This document shows positions 26,101 to 38,015 of a stretch of 64,000 nucleotides of DNA, in pieces. The notes under the pieces are model-generated. The model made no database searches. It was not told the origin of the DNA and saw only the letters and a program-made list of their open reading frames with translations. Numbering within the stretch: position 1 is the first letter of the stretch; every line of letters starts with the position of its first letter. The translations under genes were made by a program, and so were the position numbers. This DNA is from Macrostomum lignano (taxonomy: Eukaryota): NCBI GenBank assembly GCA_002269645.1, contig NIVC01001876.1, positions 57,118 through 121,117 on the forward strand. Direction: 5' to 3'.

Positions 26101-29100
26101 GATCTGTGCGATCACGGGCCAGTGCTGGCCTCAGTTGAGGCCTGGCTAAAAGCTACAGGCAACAAGCGAGTACCCCTGGTAGTGCAGACCAAGGATGACG
26201 CAATCACAGCTGCAGACAATATTTTCCAAGCTGGCGGCAGTGTCACTCCGGTGTTTCCGCTGTCCTGCGTCACAGGCTCCGGCTTGTCGCTGCTGACTGA
26301 ATTTCTCAACGTTGCTCCAACGAATCCGCAGTCTCGAGTCGGCCTCGGTTCGAGGCATCTTCAACAGCAGCAGCAGCAGCAAAGATTTGCTCAGGAATTC
26401 TGCGTTGACAGCGTGGCGTCGCTGTGCGGCTCTGGCAAGTTCAGCTACGTTCTGTCTGGTCCGGTGTTGAACGGCCAGCTTCGAGAGGGCGAACTGCTTA
26501 AGCTTGGGCCCGGAGTTGACGGGGTCTTTGTTACGGTGCGGATTACCGGACTAAATCGGAATCGGCTGCCCTGCGGCGCGGTGCAGGCCGGGCATTGGGC
26601 ATCTGTGACTGTCTGTCTGCAGCTGGAGGACAGGTAAGTGGCTTAGAAAATCGCCCTAATCTACGTGAGAATCGCCTCCCCAATCTTACGCGTGAGAATC
26701 GCCTTCCATCTTACCGTGAGAATCGCCCCTGATCTTACATTGAGAATCGTCCCTGATCTTACCGTGAGAATCGTCCCTGATCTTACCGTGAGAATCGCCT
26801 TGATCTTACATTTAGAGTCGCCCTGATCTTACCCTGAGAATCGCCCCTGTTCTTACATTTAGAGTCGCCCCTGATCTTACCCTGAGAATCGCCCCTGATC
26901 TTACATTGAGAATCGTCCCTGATCTTACCGTGAGAATCGCCCCTGATCTTACATTTAGAGTCGCCCTGATCTTACCCTGAGAATCGCCCCTGATCTTACC
27001 GTAGATCGCCCCTGATCTTACTGAGTCGCCCCTGATCTTACCTGAGAATCGTCCCTGATCTTACCGTGAGAATCGCCCCTGATCTTACCTGATAATCGCC
27101 CCTGATCTTACCTTGATAATCGCCCTGATCTTACCTTGAGAATCGCCCCTGATCTTACCTTGAGAATCGCCCCTGATCTTACCTTGAAAATCGCCCCTGA
27201 TCTTACCTTGAGAATCGCCCCTGATCTTACCTTGAGAATCGCCCCTGATCTTACCTGAGAATCGCCCCTGATCTTACCGTGAGAATCGCCCCTGATCTTA
27301 CCGTGAGAATCGTACCCTGATCTTACCGTGAGAATCGCCCTCAATCTATCTTACCGTGAGAATCGCCCTCAATCTATCTTACCGTGAGATTCGCCCCTGA
27401 TCTTACATTTAGAGTCGCCCCTGATCTTACCCTGAGAATCGCCCCTGATCTTACCTTGAGAATCGTCCCTGATCTTACCTTGAGAATCGCCCCTGATCTT
27501 ACCTTGAAAATCGCCCCTGATCTTACCCTGAGAATCGCCCCTGATCTTACCTTGAGAATCGCCCCTGATCTTACCTTGAAAATCGCCCCTGATCTTACCT
27601 TGAGAATCGCCCCTGATCTTACCTTGAGAATCGCCCCTGATCTTACATTGAGAATCGTCCCTGATCTTACCGTGAGAATCGCCCCTGATCTTACATTTAG
27701 AGTCGCCCCTGATCTTACCGTGAGAATCGCCCCTGATCTTACATTTAGAGTCTGGGGTTGCGATAGGGGCCTCGCGGCCTATTCGCGGCGCCTGCGCCCC
27801 CCGTCAGTAGTAAGTAAGTAGTACATTTAGAGTCGCCCCTGATCTTACCCTGAGAATCGCCCCTGATCTTACATTGAGAATCGTCCCTGATCTTACCGTG
27901 AGAATCGCCCCTGATCTTACCTTGAGAATCGCCCCTGATCTTACATTGATAATCGCCCCTGATCTTACCTTGATAATCGCCCCTGATCTTACCTTGAGAA
28001 TCGCCCCTGATCTTACCTTGAGAATCGCCCCTGATCTTACCTTGAAAATCGCCCCTGATCTTACCTTGTGAATCGCCCCTGATCTTACCTTGAGAATCGC
28101 CCCTGATCTTACCTTGAGAATCGCCCCTGATCTTACCTTGAAAATCGCCCCTGATCTTACCTTGAGAATCGCCCCTGATCTTACCTTGAGAATCGCCCCT
28201 GATCTTACCTTGAAAATCGCTCCTGATCTTACCTTGAAAATCGCTCCTGATCTTACCGTGAGAATCGCCCCTGATCTTACGGTGAGAATCGCCCTCAATC
28301 TATCTTACCGTGAGTATCGCCTTCCATCTTACCGTGAGAATCGCCCCTGATCTTACATTGAGAATCGTCCCTGATCTTACCGTGAGAATCGCCCCTGATC
28401 TTACCGTGAGAATCGTCCCTGATCTTACCGTGAGAATCGCCCTTGATCTTACATTTAAAGTCGCCCCTGATCTTACCCTGAGAATCGCCCCTGATCTTAC
28501 ATTTAGAGTCGCCCCTGATCTTACCCTGAGAATCGCCCCTGATCTTACATTGAGAATCGTCCCTGATCTTACCGTGAGAATCGCCCCTGATCTTACATTA
28601 AGAGTCGCCCCTGATCTTACCCTGAGAATCGCCCCTGATCTTACATTGAGAATCGTCCCTGATCTTACCGTGAGAATCGCCCCTGATCTTACCTTGAGAA
28701 TCGCCCCTGATCTTACATTGATTATCGCCCCTGATCTTACCTTGAAAATCGCCCCTGATCTTACCTTGAGAATCGCCCCTGATCTTACCTTGAGAATCGC
28801 CCCTGATCTTACCGTGAGAATCGCCCCTGATCTTACCTTGAGAATCGCCCCTGATCTTACCCTGAGAATCGCCCCTGATCTTACCTTGAGAATCGCCCCT
28901 GATCTTACCTTGAGAATCGCCCCTGATCTTACCGTGAGAATCGCCCTTGATCTTACCTTGAGAATCGCCCCTGATATTACCTTGAGAATCGCCCCTGATC
29001 TTACCGTGAGAGTCGCCCCTGATCTTACCTTGAGAATCGCCCCTGATCTTACCTTGAAAATCACCGCTGATCTTACCGTGAGAATCGCCCCTGATCTTAC

Positions 29101-30003
29101 CTTGAGAATCGCCCCTGATCTTACCTTGAGAATCGCCCCTGATCTTACCCTGATAATCGCCCCTGATCTTACCATGAGAATCGCCCCTGATCTTACCTTG
29201 AGAATCGCCCCTGATCTTACCTTGAGAATCGCCCCTGATCTTACCTTGAGAATCGCCCCTGATCTTACCTTGAGAATCGCCCCTGATCTTACCGTGAGAA
29301 TCGCCCCTGATCTTACCTTGATAATCGCCCCTGATCTTACCGTGAGAATCGCCCCTGATCTTACCGTGAGAATCGCCCCTGATCTTACCTTGAGAATCGC
29401 CCCTGATCTTACCTTGAGAATCGCCCCTGATCTTACCTTGAGAATCGCCCCTGATCTTACCTTGAGAATCGCCCCTGATCTTACCTTGAGAATCGCCCCT
29501 GATCTTACCTTGAGAATCGCCCCTGATCTTACCTTAAACTCCGCAGAAACTGGGGCTCGCACTCGTTGCCACGCGTAGCTGAGAGTTTCGCCAGACGGGG
29601 CGCCTTCCTAATCCCATTGAACAGCCATCCACCAGCTGTGCTCAGCTTCAGCGCCGAGGTGGCGCTGCACTGCCGACAGCGCGGCGGTGGTGGTCTCAGC
29701 GGCGGTCCGCTCCGTCACAATCAACCGGTGAACATCCTGTGCGGAATTGTCTGCCAACAGGCCATTGTTAGCAATGGACTTTTAGCATCAGCATCCGCGT
29801 CATCGGGTTTGAATTCGAGTAAACGGCGTCAACAGCAACAGAGGCGAATAGACTGCAGTGTGGCCAGTCCAGTCCAGGTTCATCTGCGATTTGCCAAGCA
29901 GGCCGAACTGCTGCGACCGGGCGATCGTCTGGTGCTTCGCAGCGGTCACCGACTGCTCGGCGTTGGTCGAGTGTTGCAAACAAACAACCTGTTAGAGAGC
30001 TGA
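23139..30003 (+). CDS. GTPBP2: GTP-binding protein 2 (translational GTPase, GTPBP1/2 family), about 694 aa
   Basis: Exons 23139-23720, 24764-25246, 26071-26633 and 29547-30003 are phase-consistent. N-domain PPENDEGNIEYKLKL...RLEHLVTQLKWRLAEGQGQAVYELGVEDNG; G1 GNLDAGKSTL, G3 DLAGH, G4 TKID, G5 SCVTG. Confidence 0.93.
23760..24735. repeat. ~41-bp tandem repeat filling GTPBP2 intron 1
   Basis: Unit GAGATTAGCTGAGGTCAACTCAGTCCATGATACTCAAGGTT with variants. Confidence 0.95.
25335..26032. repeat. 26-bp tandem repeat filling GTPBP2 intron 2
   Basis: Unit GATTAAGCTACAGGTGAGGATTAGGG. Confidence 0.95.
26645..29535. repeat. 24-bp tandem repeat filling GTPBP2 intron 3 (~2.9 kb), with a unique insert at 27751-27820
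   Basis: Unit GAGAATCGCCCCTGATCTTACCTT. The RIAPDLTL / KVRSGAIL ORFs are artefacts. Confidence 0.95.
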
Positions 30004-30249
30004 CCGATCACAGGGCGCGTTGGAGATAAAGATGCTCTAGTTTGTTCTAGTTAGTCCTTTGTTTGTGTCTTACCGCACCTTATTGGTTTTTTTAGTCTAA
30101 TGCTCCTGCACATTTGTCACGTGAGCTGTAGAATCGTAAAAGAGTCGCGAAAAAAAGTCGCCCACAAGTCATTTTGTTAGTGCTTAACTTTCTGCTGACT
30201 CAAGTAGACTAAATAGAGTTGTTGTAAATGCGAAATGCGATTCTTATTC

Positions 30250-30400
30250 AGTCTCCCAGATCCCCAGTTGCTGGGCCAGTCTCCCAGATCCCCAGTTGCT
30301 GGGCCAGTCTCCCAGATCCCCAGTTGCTGGGCCAGCCTCCCAGATCCTCAGTTGTAAATCTGGCCAGCCTCCCAGATCCTCAGTTGCTGGGCCAGCCTCA
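30250..30400. repeat. ~28-bp tandem repeat downstream of the GTPBP2 stop codon
   Basis: Unit CCAGTCTCCCAGATCCCCAGTTGCTGGG, about 5 copies. Confidence 0.85.
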
Positions 30401-31759
30401 GCCTTACAGAAGACTTTTAAAATAAAAAATAACGCGTAAAAAGTAAATATCCAGTATTTATAACATTGTGCATATTGACTCTTGGCGACTGGTTTTAGGT
30501 GTCAGTAATTAGTGTGTAATATATATATTTAATTCAGAGATCTTTCACTGTTATTGTGGTTTAATTGCGACTAAATTGCGTTCGTAGTCTTTTCCCACTA
30601 TGCAGGTTTATGTCTGAAAACACATTGTTTAACATTATCTATTATATATGTACTGAATCATGTAATCTGTTTGATGTCTTTAGGAAATCTGGAATCAAGT
30701 ATTTTTTTGCTGTCAAGTTTAAACGAAATTCTGGGCTAGCAACATTTATTTTCAAAAATTGTCTGTGATGTACATCTATTTGGGTTAATCTATATTGCAT
30801 AGATACTTATATATGCAGCTATTGTATACATTGCTTTATTACAAAAGCTTATATTAATTAAGCTTATAAATATGTTTCTTTTTTCACTAACGTTATCTCA
30901 CTGCATATTCGCAGAAAAGTATACTTTTAGTGGTAAAAAATGAGAAAAATAGCACGTAAAAATATACAAATATTTTACTTTCATATTTGTTTTCGTAGAT
31001 ATTGCAGAAAATTTTACTTTGCAATGTTACTTTGTTTACAATATAAATATATTTTACGCTTAACAATAAAACAATTATAAATCATGTGTTAAATTCATGT
31101 ATAATGTTTTTGACTAGGATTTTATTGACTTATTTATTGATCAGAAAGCTGAGATTCAGTCTTAATGAAAACATACGCAAAAGTGCTACTAAGTGTGCAT
31201 GTTAGTAGTAGTATGAGATTATAATTAAATTTAAAACGTGTAAATATCTGTAAATTTGCATTTTAATTCTCTTAAGAGTCGGCTGCTTGTTTTAAAGACC
31301 ATCTTTAACTGCTGGTGGGTCTTCCATATTCAGTTGGATTAATTCGCTGAAAATTATGCGTTACATGATTTTTTTGCAAAATCCACTATATTATCGATTG
31401 TAGTGAAATGCAGCAAATAAACTTACGGCATTTGCTGCACCTGATCAAAATAAGGCAGCTGATTAGTGCAGAGGCAGCGGCGCTGTGTAAAACTGAAATA
31501 TAGATAACGACTTGCATATATATGTAGTGTATAACTATTCGAATAGCAATCTGCGCCCCCGTTGAGATTCAGCAATCCCCCAAAAGTCTACATCTCATTA
31601 AATTCAGCGATTTCCCCGTGAGCCTTAAAATCTTACTCATCGGAAATTTCACATATGAGCCTTGATTTTTATCTCAGCAATTTTCAAAATAAACCTTGAA
31701 ATCTCAGAAAATTTCCTTAATTATGAGCCACGCCACAGCATTTCAGCAATTGCTGGGAG

Positions 31760-32050
31760 TAGATGGGGATCCCCATGTTCAATGTACATTCCTGGGGGTA
31801 GAGGGGGATCCCCACGCTTAATGTATATTGCTGGAGTAGAGGGGAAACCCCGCGCTCAATGTACATTTCGGGGGTATGAGCTATGGTATCCCCACGCTCG
31901 ATGTACATTCCTGGGGGTAGAGGGGGATCCCCACGCCCAGTGTACATTCCTGGGGGTAGAGGGGGATCCCCACGCCCAGTGTACATTCCTGGGGGTAGAG
32001 GGGGATCCCCACGCCCAGTGTACATTCCTGGGGGTATAGAGGGATCCCCG
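31760..32050. repeat. 39-bp tandem repeat
   Basis: Unit GTGTACATTCCTGGGGGTAGAGGGGGATCCCCACGCCCA. Confidence 0.9.
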
Positions 32051-32236
32051 ACTCATTGTACATGCATGTACGTTAGTGCGAGGTAGAAGAAGATATTGTA
32101 GGCTCAATTTACATGCCCTACCCTATTACAATGTACATGCATGATTGTATTTTTGCATTTTATTTTGAAAAAATACACGTGCATTTAGGAATTAACTATA
32201 GAGCGAAAATAAAGATAACATGCAGGCGTAGTCTGC

Positions 32237-32769
32237 TCACCCGCTCAAATAGGCCACCGTTTTTCGTCGCCTCATCCGGCGGGCCCAATCGATTGCGCGG
32301 CCGCCGAACGAATCCCGTCGGCTCCAATCAGCGTCACCTAAGCAGATTAATTGTCGTACAACAACATCACCTTGATTGTCGATATTCTCAAGGCTACTGT
32401 TATTGTCGTTGTCGTCGTTGTTGTCAAGCATGGCGGCTCGCATCAGCGGAGTGAGTCCGACAAGTTTCGTGGCAGCGTTAACTGAGCTCCAGCCTCTATT
32501 AGTATCCGAGCTCCGGCCTCGGTGGCAACTCGGTGAAGGCTGGTCTCGCCCATCAGATCGGCGCAGGTGACATCGGCGCCAACTGAACTTACAAAGAATT
32601 CAACTAGCGGAGAAGAGCCGTCTGGACCTGGTCGAGAGGCTGCCAGCATCAGAGCTGTCTGTCCGTAGGCGTCTGGTAGGTCGCAGTTGACTCTGGTAGC
32701 GACTTGTTGGAGACCAGCAAGGTCGTTTGATCGGACCAGATTGGCCAACTGCTGCTGGGTGGCTGTTTC
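32237..32769 (-). CDS. Terminal exon of an ankyrin-repeat protein, with one apparent single-base frameshift near 32482
   Basis: Acceptor TTCCCAG lies before 32769. Ankyrin motifs DAYGQTALMLAA and DLMGETSLH are present, then EAGA(Q)/VNAATKLVGLTPLMRAA after a one-base shift, and RDSFGGRAIDWA. Confidence 0.7.
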
Positions 32770-32804
32770 CTGGGAAGGCCAGATGAAATGTCAAGGGCCA
32801 CCGC

Positions 32805-33087
32805 GAGGAATTTTCTCAGATTGAGGCTAAATTGGAATCTCGGCCTGGCTCTGCTCGTGCAATTAACGCCCAGCTTGAGGGCCAACCCCCAAGGCACAGT
32901 GAAGTGTACATGCCTAACGATAAATAAAGTTAGGGCCGCTGTACACTCCTGTGTGAGTGTGTGCCTGTGCGTATGACTGCGTACGTATCCGCGCGCTTGT
33001 GTGCCTGCTCAGGGGAGTCGGCGGAATGGGCAGTAATGCCTCTCGCCGGTTGTGTGACAATGCCGCACCACTGAACTGCTGTGCCCA
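32805..33087 (+). mobile_element. SINE family A, 5'-truncated copy
   Basis: Shares GGGCCAACCCCCAAGGCACAGTGAAGTGTACAT...GATAAATAAAG with the copies at 13788 and 57724. Confidence 0.75.
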
Positions 33088-33309
33088 AAACTGGTATGTC
33101 ATCACCAAAAAACATCATTTAATATTTAAATTGTTTTGTTAAATAATATCCATCCACACGTACCAACTCACCTCAGCAGTGAGGCCCACAATTTGACCGA
33201 AAATCCAGAAGCCCGAAATAGAGAGTCGCATTTCTCTGAGGAAGAGAAACAAAAACATTAAAATCATCAGTCAAGTTGTTGTGGTGGTCAAGTATTCCTG
33301 GATACTGTG

Positions 33310-33440
33310 TGTCCTCTTGATGCAGTTCACCCATGCATCTGTAAAATGGGTGCCAGCATTAGCTGGGGGTAATTGAGGGTGTGTGTGGCGACTTCCAGTC
33401 CTTGGCTGCGGCTGAGCTGTCGGTTGCACATCTGCCCAAT
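33310..33440 (+). mobile_element. 5'-truncated copy of CORE-like SINE family B
   Basis: CTGTAAAATGGGTGCCAGCATTAGCTGGGG...GCTGCGGCTGAGCTGTCGGTTGCAC matches the element at 51926. Confidence 0.7.
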
Positions 33441-33544
33441 TGGGGAATGTAATCAATTACATGTACATTTAATTAAAACAAAAGATCATTCTCAAAAAAT
33501 AGAATGGTACAAAGACGATAGGTGTTTACTTGCCTAAGCCCCTG

Positions 33545-33985
33545 ACCACAGATGTTAGAATAACCAGATGGGCCAACTCAGCACATTTGCATGTAAGCTA
33601 CTTTCAGTTCAGTAGTGAGTTAAACAAAAGAATTGTAATGTATTTTTAAAGCCAAGGCTCATTTATTGGCTCTTACCCCCAGCCTAAACCCTCCAACCGC
33701 GCATTTCCAAACCACCCCAATTTTTATTGCCTTTCTCGGAATTCCAGCCTAAAGCTGCCATGTACATTTCAATGGACTGGCTAATGTACATTATTGCTGA
33801 ACCAATTAGCAAGTTGTTTACGCGGGCAAGCTTGGGCTTCTAAACTTATCAAAGTCATTTCAGCGCCCTGTATTCTTATAAAAATAGCTTTTGTATTCTT
33901 CCTTGCTGCTGAACTGAAAGTAGAAAGCTGTTTTACTTAGTATATATGCCTGGGTGGCCCATCTAGTTATTTTAGTATCTGTGCC
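33545..33985. mobile_element. MITE family X, empty copy
   Basis: Inverted termini (CACAGAT..TAGAATAAC.AGATGGGCC...). It is the reverse complement of 42782-43855 minus the 43020-43629 insert. Confidence 0.8.
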
Positions 33986-34017
33986 TATCTGTGCTCGATC
34001 AACTTAGCCACAGCCGC

Positions 34018-34653
34018 TCACAACTGAATAATCGCAGCCAAATCCTCGTGTCCGCAGCATCTGGCCAAGTCCAGCGCTGTCTGGCCTCGCTGGTTCCGCG
34101 CCTCCAGCAGCAGTTGCCTGCGTATGCTGCGCTTCGAACCACTGCGCAACAGGTGCAACAGGTGTTTGACGCAATCAATTTGGCCACATTCAGCCGCTTC
34201 CATCAGCGGAGTCGAATCGTCTGTTTGATTTCTAAGAAATTTGACTCGAAACGGCAGCAGCGTCAGCAGCCGCAGGCGACCCCGCCGAGCCGCCAGGTGA
34301 GCTGCCGTGTTGCCGTCAGCGTCTGTCGTGTCGGACTGAGCGCCCAGGTGTAAAAAGTACTCGATACACTTTGCTGATTGAGGCCGACTGGGGACTGTTG
34401 AATTGGCAATCAGCATGAGCACTGAACGGCCCTGTTCATCTACCTGCCGGACCAGAGGCTTCGTGACCAGCTCTCGCACCTGGCTGAAATTGCCTTGAAT
34501 GGCTAGCTCGGCTAATTGGGCTATTGACGCCTGAAAAGTGTTAATTATAATATTGATACTTTTTATTAAAACTAATACACGTAAATAAACTATATGCGTA
34601 TGGTCCTCTCTGCGCCATTCTTTACTCAGCCATGCCTTCCAGCTGTGGCCCAA
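34018..34653 (-). CDS. Ankyrin-repeat coding segment, probably an upstream exon of the 32237-32769 gene
   Basis: Motifs VDEQGRSVLMLIA, DADGNTAAHLAA, DSTPLMEAAECGQIDCVKHLL and RNQRGQTALDLA. A good acceptor (TTTTCAG) lies before 34530. The true start and 3' junction are unresolved. Confidence 0.7.
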   Translation of the reverse strand: MGHSWKAWLSKEWRREDHTHIVYLRVLVLIKSINIIINTFQASIAQLAELAIQGNFSQVRELVTKPLVRQVDEQGRSVLMLIANSTVPSRPQSAKCIEYFLHLGAQSDTTDADGNTAAHLAARRGRLRLLTLLPFRVKFLRNQTDDSTPLMEAAECGQIDCVKHLLHLLRSGSKRSIRRQLLLEARNQRGQTALDLARCCGHEDLAAIIQL

Positions 34654-34813
34654 ATTTCTTCCTGTTGTCTAGATGGCTTTTCTATGGTTTGTCTGTGGAA
34701 ATTATCTCTGCAACGCTGCCCGTCCACATATTCTATATTGCTAGATGATCTGGCCACTCCAGCCGCGAAAACCCCATGGTTAAGACCATAGACTATAGCT
34801 TCCGCAGCTCTCA

Positions 34814-35276
34814 AGTATTGCTTTTGTCAGCCTAACTGAGAATAAAGCCATCCAAAGTGAGAATCCTGCCTACGCTGACTGCGAAGGGCCTGGCTGCGTG
34901 CAGCCTTAGTCTATGGGCCATAGACAATAAAGGACAAGCAAAGTGATAAAAAGCCATCCAATGTGAGAATCGATTGGTCTATGCGTCGTATTCTTTTATT
35001 TTTATACCTTCTGAGCTTCTGAGCCATATGACTAGCCAATCCTAGCTTATCCTTTATAGTCTATGGCTCATAGACTATAGGCTGGACGCAGCTAGGCCCT
35101 TCGTATTCAGCGTAGGCAGGATTCTCACATTGGATGGCTTTTATCACTTTGCTTGTCCTTTATTGTCTATGGCCCATAGACTAAGGCTGCACGCAGCCAG
35201 GCCCTTCGCAGTCAGCGTAGGCAGGATTCTCACTTTGGATGGCTTTTTTCTCAGTTAGGCTGACAAAACCAATATT
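34814..35276. mobile_element. Foldback-like element with ~160-bp inverted arms
   Basis: 34814-34970 is the near-perfect reverse complement of about 35110-35276, with an internal sub-repeat (GCGTAGGCAGGATTCTCAC). Confidence 0.8.
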
Positions 35277-35634
35277 AGCACTCGAAGGAGAAGCACTTGA
35301 GAAGCATTAGAATCTTACTAAACATTGTTACTTTGGTGCAGTAACAGCAGAGGCTTAGTTTCTATGGCCCTAACCCCGGGTTTTCGGGCACCGGAAGGAG
35401 ACGGTCGCTAAATATACTCTAGCGACAACACACCTAGGTATCAAATTTAATGAAGAAACTACCAAATACGAGTTGGTGGTTTGTAGGATGCAAAAGGCAA
35501 ACGAGTAGATAATTTGGCCATAGACATCAGCACAAGGAATGACGCAAACAGCAGCCTCTTAATTCATTGAAATAAATCTTAAACATTGACCTCTATGCGG
35601 TAAAGATCGGAATTATTTACTTGTTTAGGAAACT

Positions 35635-35950
35635 CTAGCAATCTAGTGCCCCCTTCGGGGCGCCCAATAAGCAAGAGACAAAAAATTATGAGAATCCTTA
35701 AAAATTAAAGCACATTATCTTAAAAGCATTTCTTTTTCCGTTTTAATAAATCACCTTTTATACAAGTAAAATTGTTGAAAGAATGGAATAATTTTTTTTG
35801 AATAAACATATGCAGCTTTTGACCTCTCCGTCTTGATATCTTAGCAATTCCCCCAATAAGCCTTGACACCTCAGCGATTCCCCCAGTAAGCCTTGATATC
35901 ATAGCAATCCCCCCCTAGTTTTGACATCTCAGCTAGCAATTCCCCGAGAG
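35635..35950 (-). mobile_element. Helitron-like non-autonomous fragment (3' end)
   Basis: The minus strand ends with hairpin GCGCCCCGAAGGGGGCAC, a short spacer and CTAG. It carries ~31-bp AAGCCTTGACA..TCAGCAATTCCCC repeats. Confidence 0.5.
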
Positions 35951-36799
35951 CAAGCGACCCCCAGATAGCTAGCTAGTTTTGAAACTTTGCGTGTTGTCTA
36001 TGGCCCAACTTAGGGTATCTCTATTTGAATTGGCAGGCTTGAAACAATGGATTCCAAATAATAGAATAGAATAGAATAGAATAGAATATACTTATTCTAT
36101 TAATCATACATGCGCAACCTCCGAAATTCGGTCGGCCATGCGACTTAGTTTTAACAAAAATGCGACGTAGTTTTTGGCCAAAAATGCGACTTACATGTAA
36201 AAAAACTCTAAAGCAAATAAACGCAACTTTGGGTAAACGGCAGGAGTAACTATGACTGTCTTATTAAGCCAAAATGCCTCGTCAGCTACTTAGCACTACT
36301 ACTTGGTTACTTTTTCGGGTGGGCATTTTTGCGACTTCCTTGGTTGGCCGCCAAATCGGTCGGCCGGATCGGCCGACTCGGCCGACTGTTGCGCATGTAT
36401 GCTATTAATGCTTACTGAATTGCAAGAGAACAGTATAGCCCAAGCAGCAAACCACATACTGCAGACTCTTCTTCCACATCTCTCTCTATCCCTATGTCTC
36501 TGAGTTCTTAACAGCAGAAATCGTACAATACGCACAATACGCTCGTAGATGATGTGTCTTTCAGGGTGTACAGAAATTGAGAAGAGAGAGAAGAGAGAGA
36601 AGAGAGAGGTCGACCCCAACTGTTGCTAACCAAAACCAACCCCATGCGCTGTACAGTTTTAATTTTCTCTCCCCCTCTTCTGTCCACACTGCTCCTATAT
36701 TTCCATTATAAAGCAGCTTCTAAAAGAGATTTTTAGTTTCACGTTTGGCTCTTGGATAAAAATTAAAAAAAATTGAGATATTCAGAACAACACACACAG

Positions 36800-37204
36800 A
36801 TGACGGGACAAAAACACCTGATGACCAATGTGAACCTGCTATATGACAGTCTGCTAGCAACTGGTCACGTTAACAGTTGCGCTCTGCTGTCCAGAGCGGA
36901 CGGATCGGTCCTAGCTAGCTCTGTGGGCTACACCCCGTCGCCTGAACAGCTACAGGTCGTCCTCGATGCGTTCGCCAGTCCGGCAGAGGCGCGAAAAAGT
37001 GGCGCTAAATTTGAAGGTCGCGACTACAAAGTGATGCGCGCGGACAAGAACTCTGTGTACGCTCAGACTGGTAAGAAAGGCCTAGTAGCTGTACGGACGC
37101 ATGGTCACGTGATTCTGGCCACGTACGGCGACGCTCACTGTCCGGCTGTGTGCATCGAGGCGTGCGAAAAACTAGGCGAATATTTGCGACTAAAAGACAA
37201 ATAG
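36800..37204 (+). CDS. PFN4: Profilin-4-like protein, single coding exon, about 134 aa
   Basis: LLYDSLLATGHVNSCAL...FEGRDYKVMRADKNSVYA...ILATY...PAVCIEACEKLGEYLR follows the profilin-4 pattern. The first in-frame ATG is at 36800. Confidence 0.8.
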   Translation: MTGQKHLMTNVNLLYDSLLATGHVNSCALLSRADGSVLASSVGYTPSPEQLQVVLDAFASPAEARKSGAKFEGRDYKVMRADKNSVYAQTGKKGLVAVRTHGHVILATYGDAHCPAVCIEACEKLGEYLRLKDK

Positions 37205-37677
37205 AGGAGATCTACAGCTGTGTACTTAAGCCTGAGTTAACTGACTTTGTGACTTGTGAAATAGATGTATATCGCGACCGATTGTTTTCATACAACTTTC
37301 AGAGAATAGCCTTTTGATTTTTTAAACGGTAAGGACCGTTTCTGTGGCAAGGACCTTTCGGTAGATAGTAGGCCGTGAGATGGGTAGATTCGGTGAATTA
37401 GGAAGATTATGGACAACTTTAAAAGATATGCCAAATTAGCTAAATGGAGCATTAGCTAAATATGCCAAAAAGCATGCAGATTGACTGATTGTATATTACT
37501 ATATTTTTAAATTCAATACGCCCAGCGTAAATCTGTGGTGTATTTCTAAAAATACTAATAACCATCATTATTATTGGTATATAAACTTATGACACACTCT
37601 TATACACATAACCTATGGCTGTCATCCTATCACATATCACAATTTGCAAATAGTTAATCGATTTTCAGTATATAAGA

Positions 37678-38015
37678 CTAGCAATCAGCGCCCCCTTCGG
37701 GGTGGCCAATAAGCAAGGGACGAATCCTTTAAAATGAAAAGAATTCTTAAGGAGGGGGGCTAGGAATCGAATTCTCATTTTAATTCTGGGCTTATGTACC
37801 AATAAAACATGCTTGTGCAGAATTTTATAACTGACATTGACAATTCAACCATACTTGCCTTCTATCAGAGAAATAGCGTACTACTTCTACCAGCACGCTC
37901 CAGTACGCTACCAGTACCCTTGTAAGCCTTGACATGTCAGCAATTCCCCCCACAAGCCTTAACATATCAACTCCCCCCTTGACATCTCAGCGATGCCCCC
38001 ATAAGCCTTGAAATC
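37678..38015 (-). mobile_element. Second copy of the Helitron-like fragment
   Basis: The minus strand ends GCCACCCCGAAGGGGGCGCTGATTGCTAG followed by T, with the same internal repeats as the 35635 copy. Confidence 0.55.

Noticed and set aside
27108-29578. 420-aa ORFs on both strands (RIAPDLTL / KVRSGAIL)
   Set aside because: They come from a 24-bp satellite inside a GTPBP2 intron whose flanking exons join in phase without it.
36299-36619. Minus-strand ORF that might be a 5' exon of the ankyrin gene (GTAAGC at 36415)
   Set aside because: No recognisable domain and no phase link could be established.
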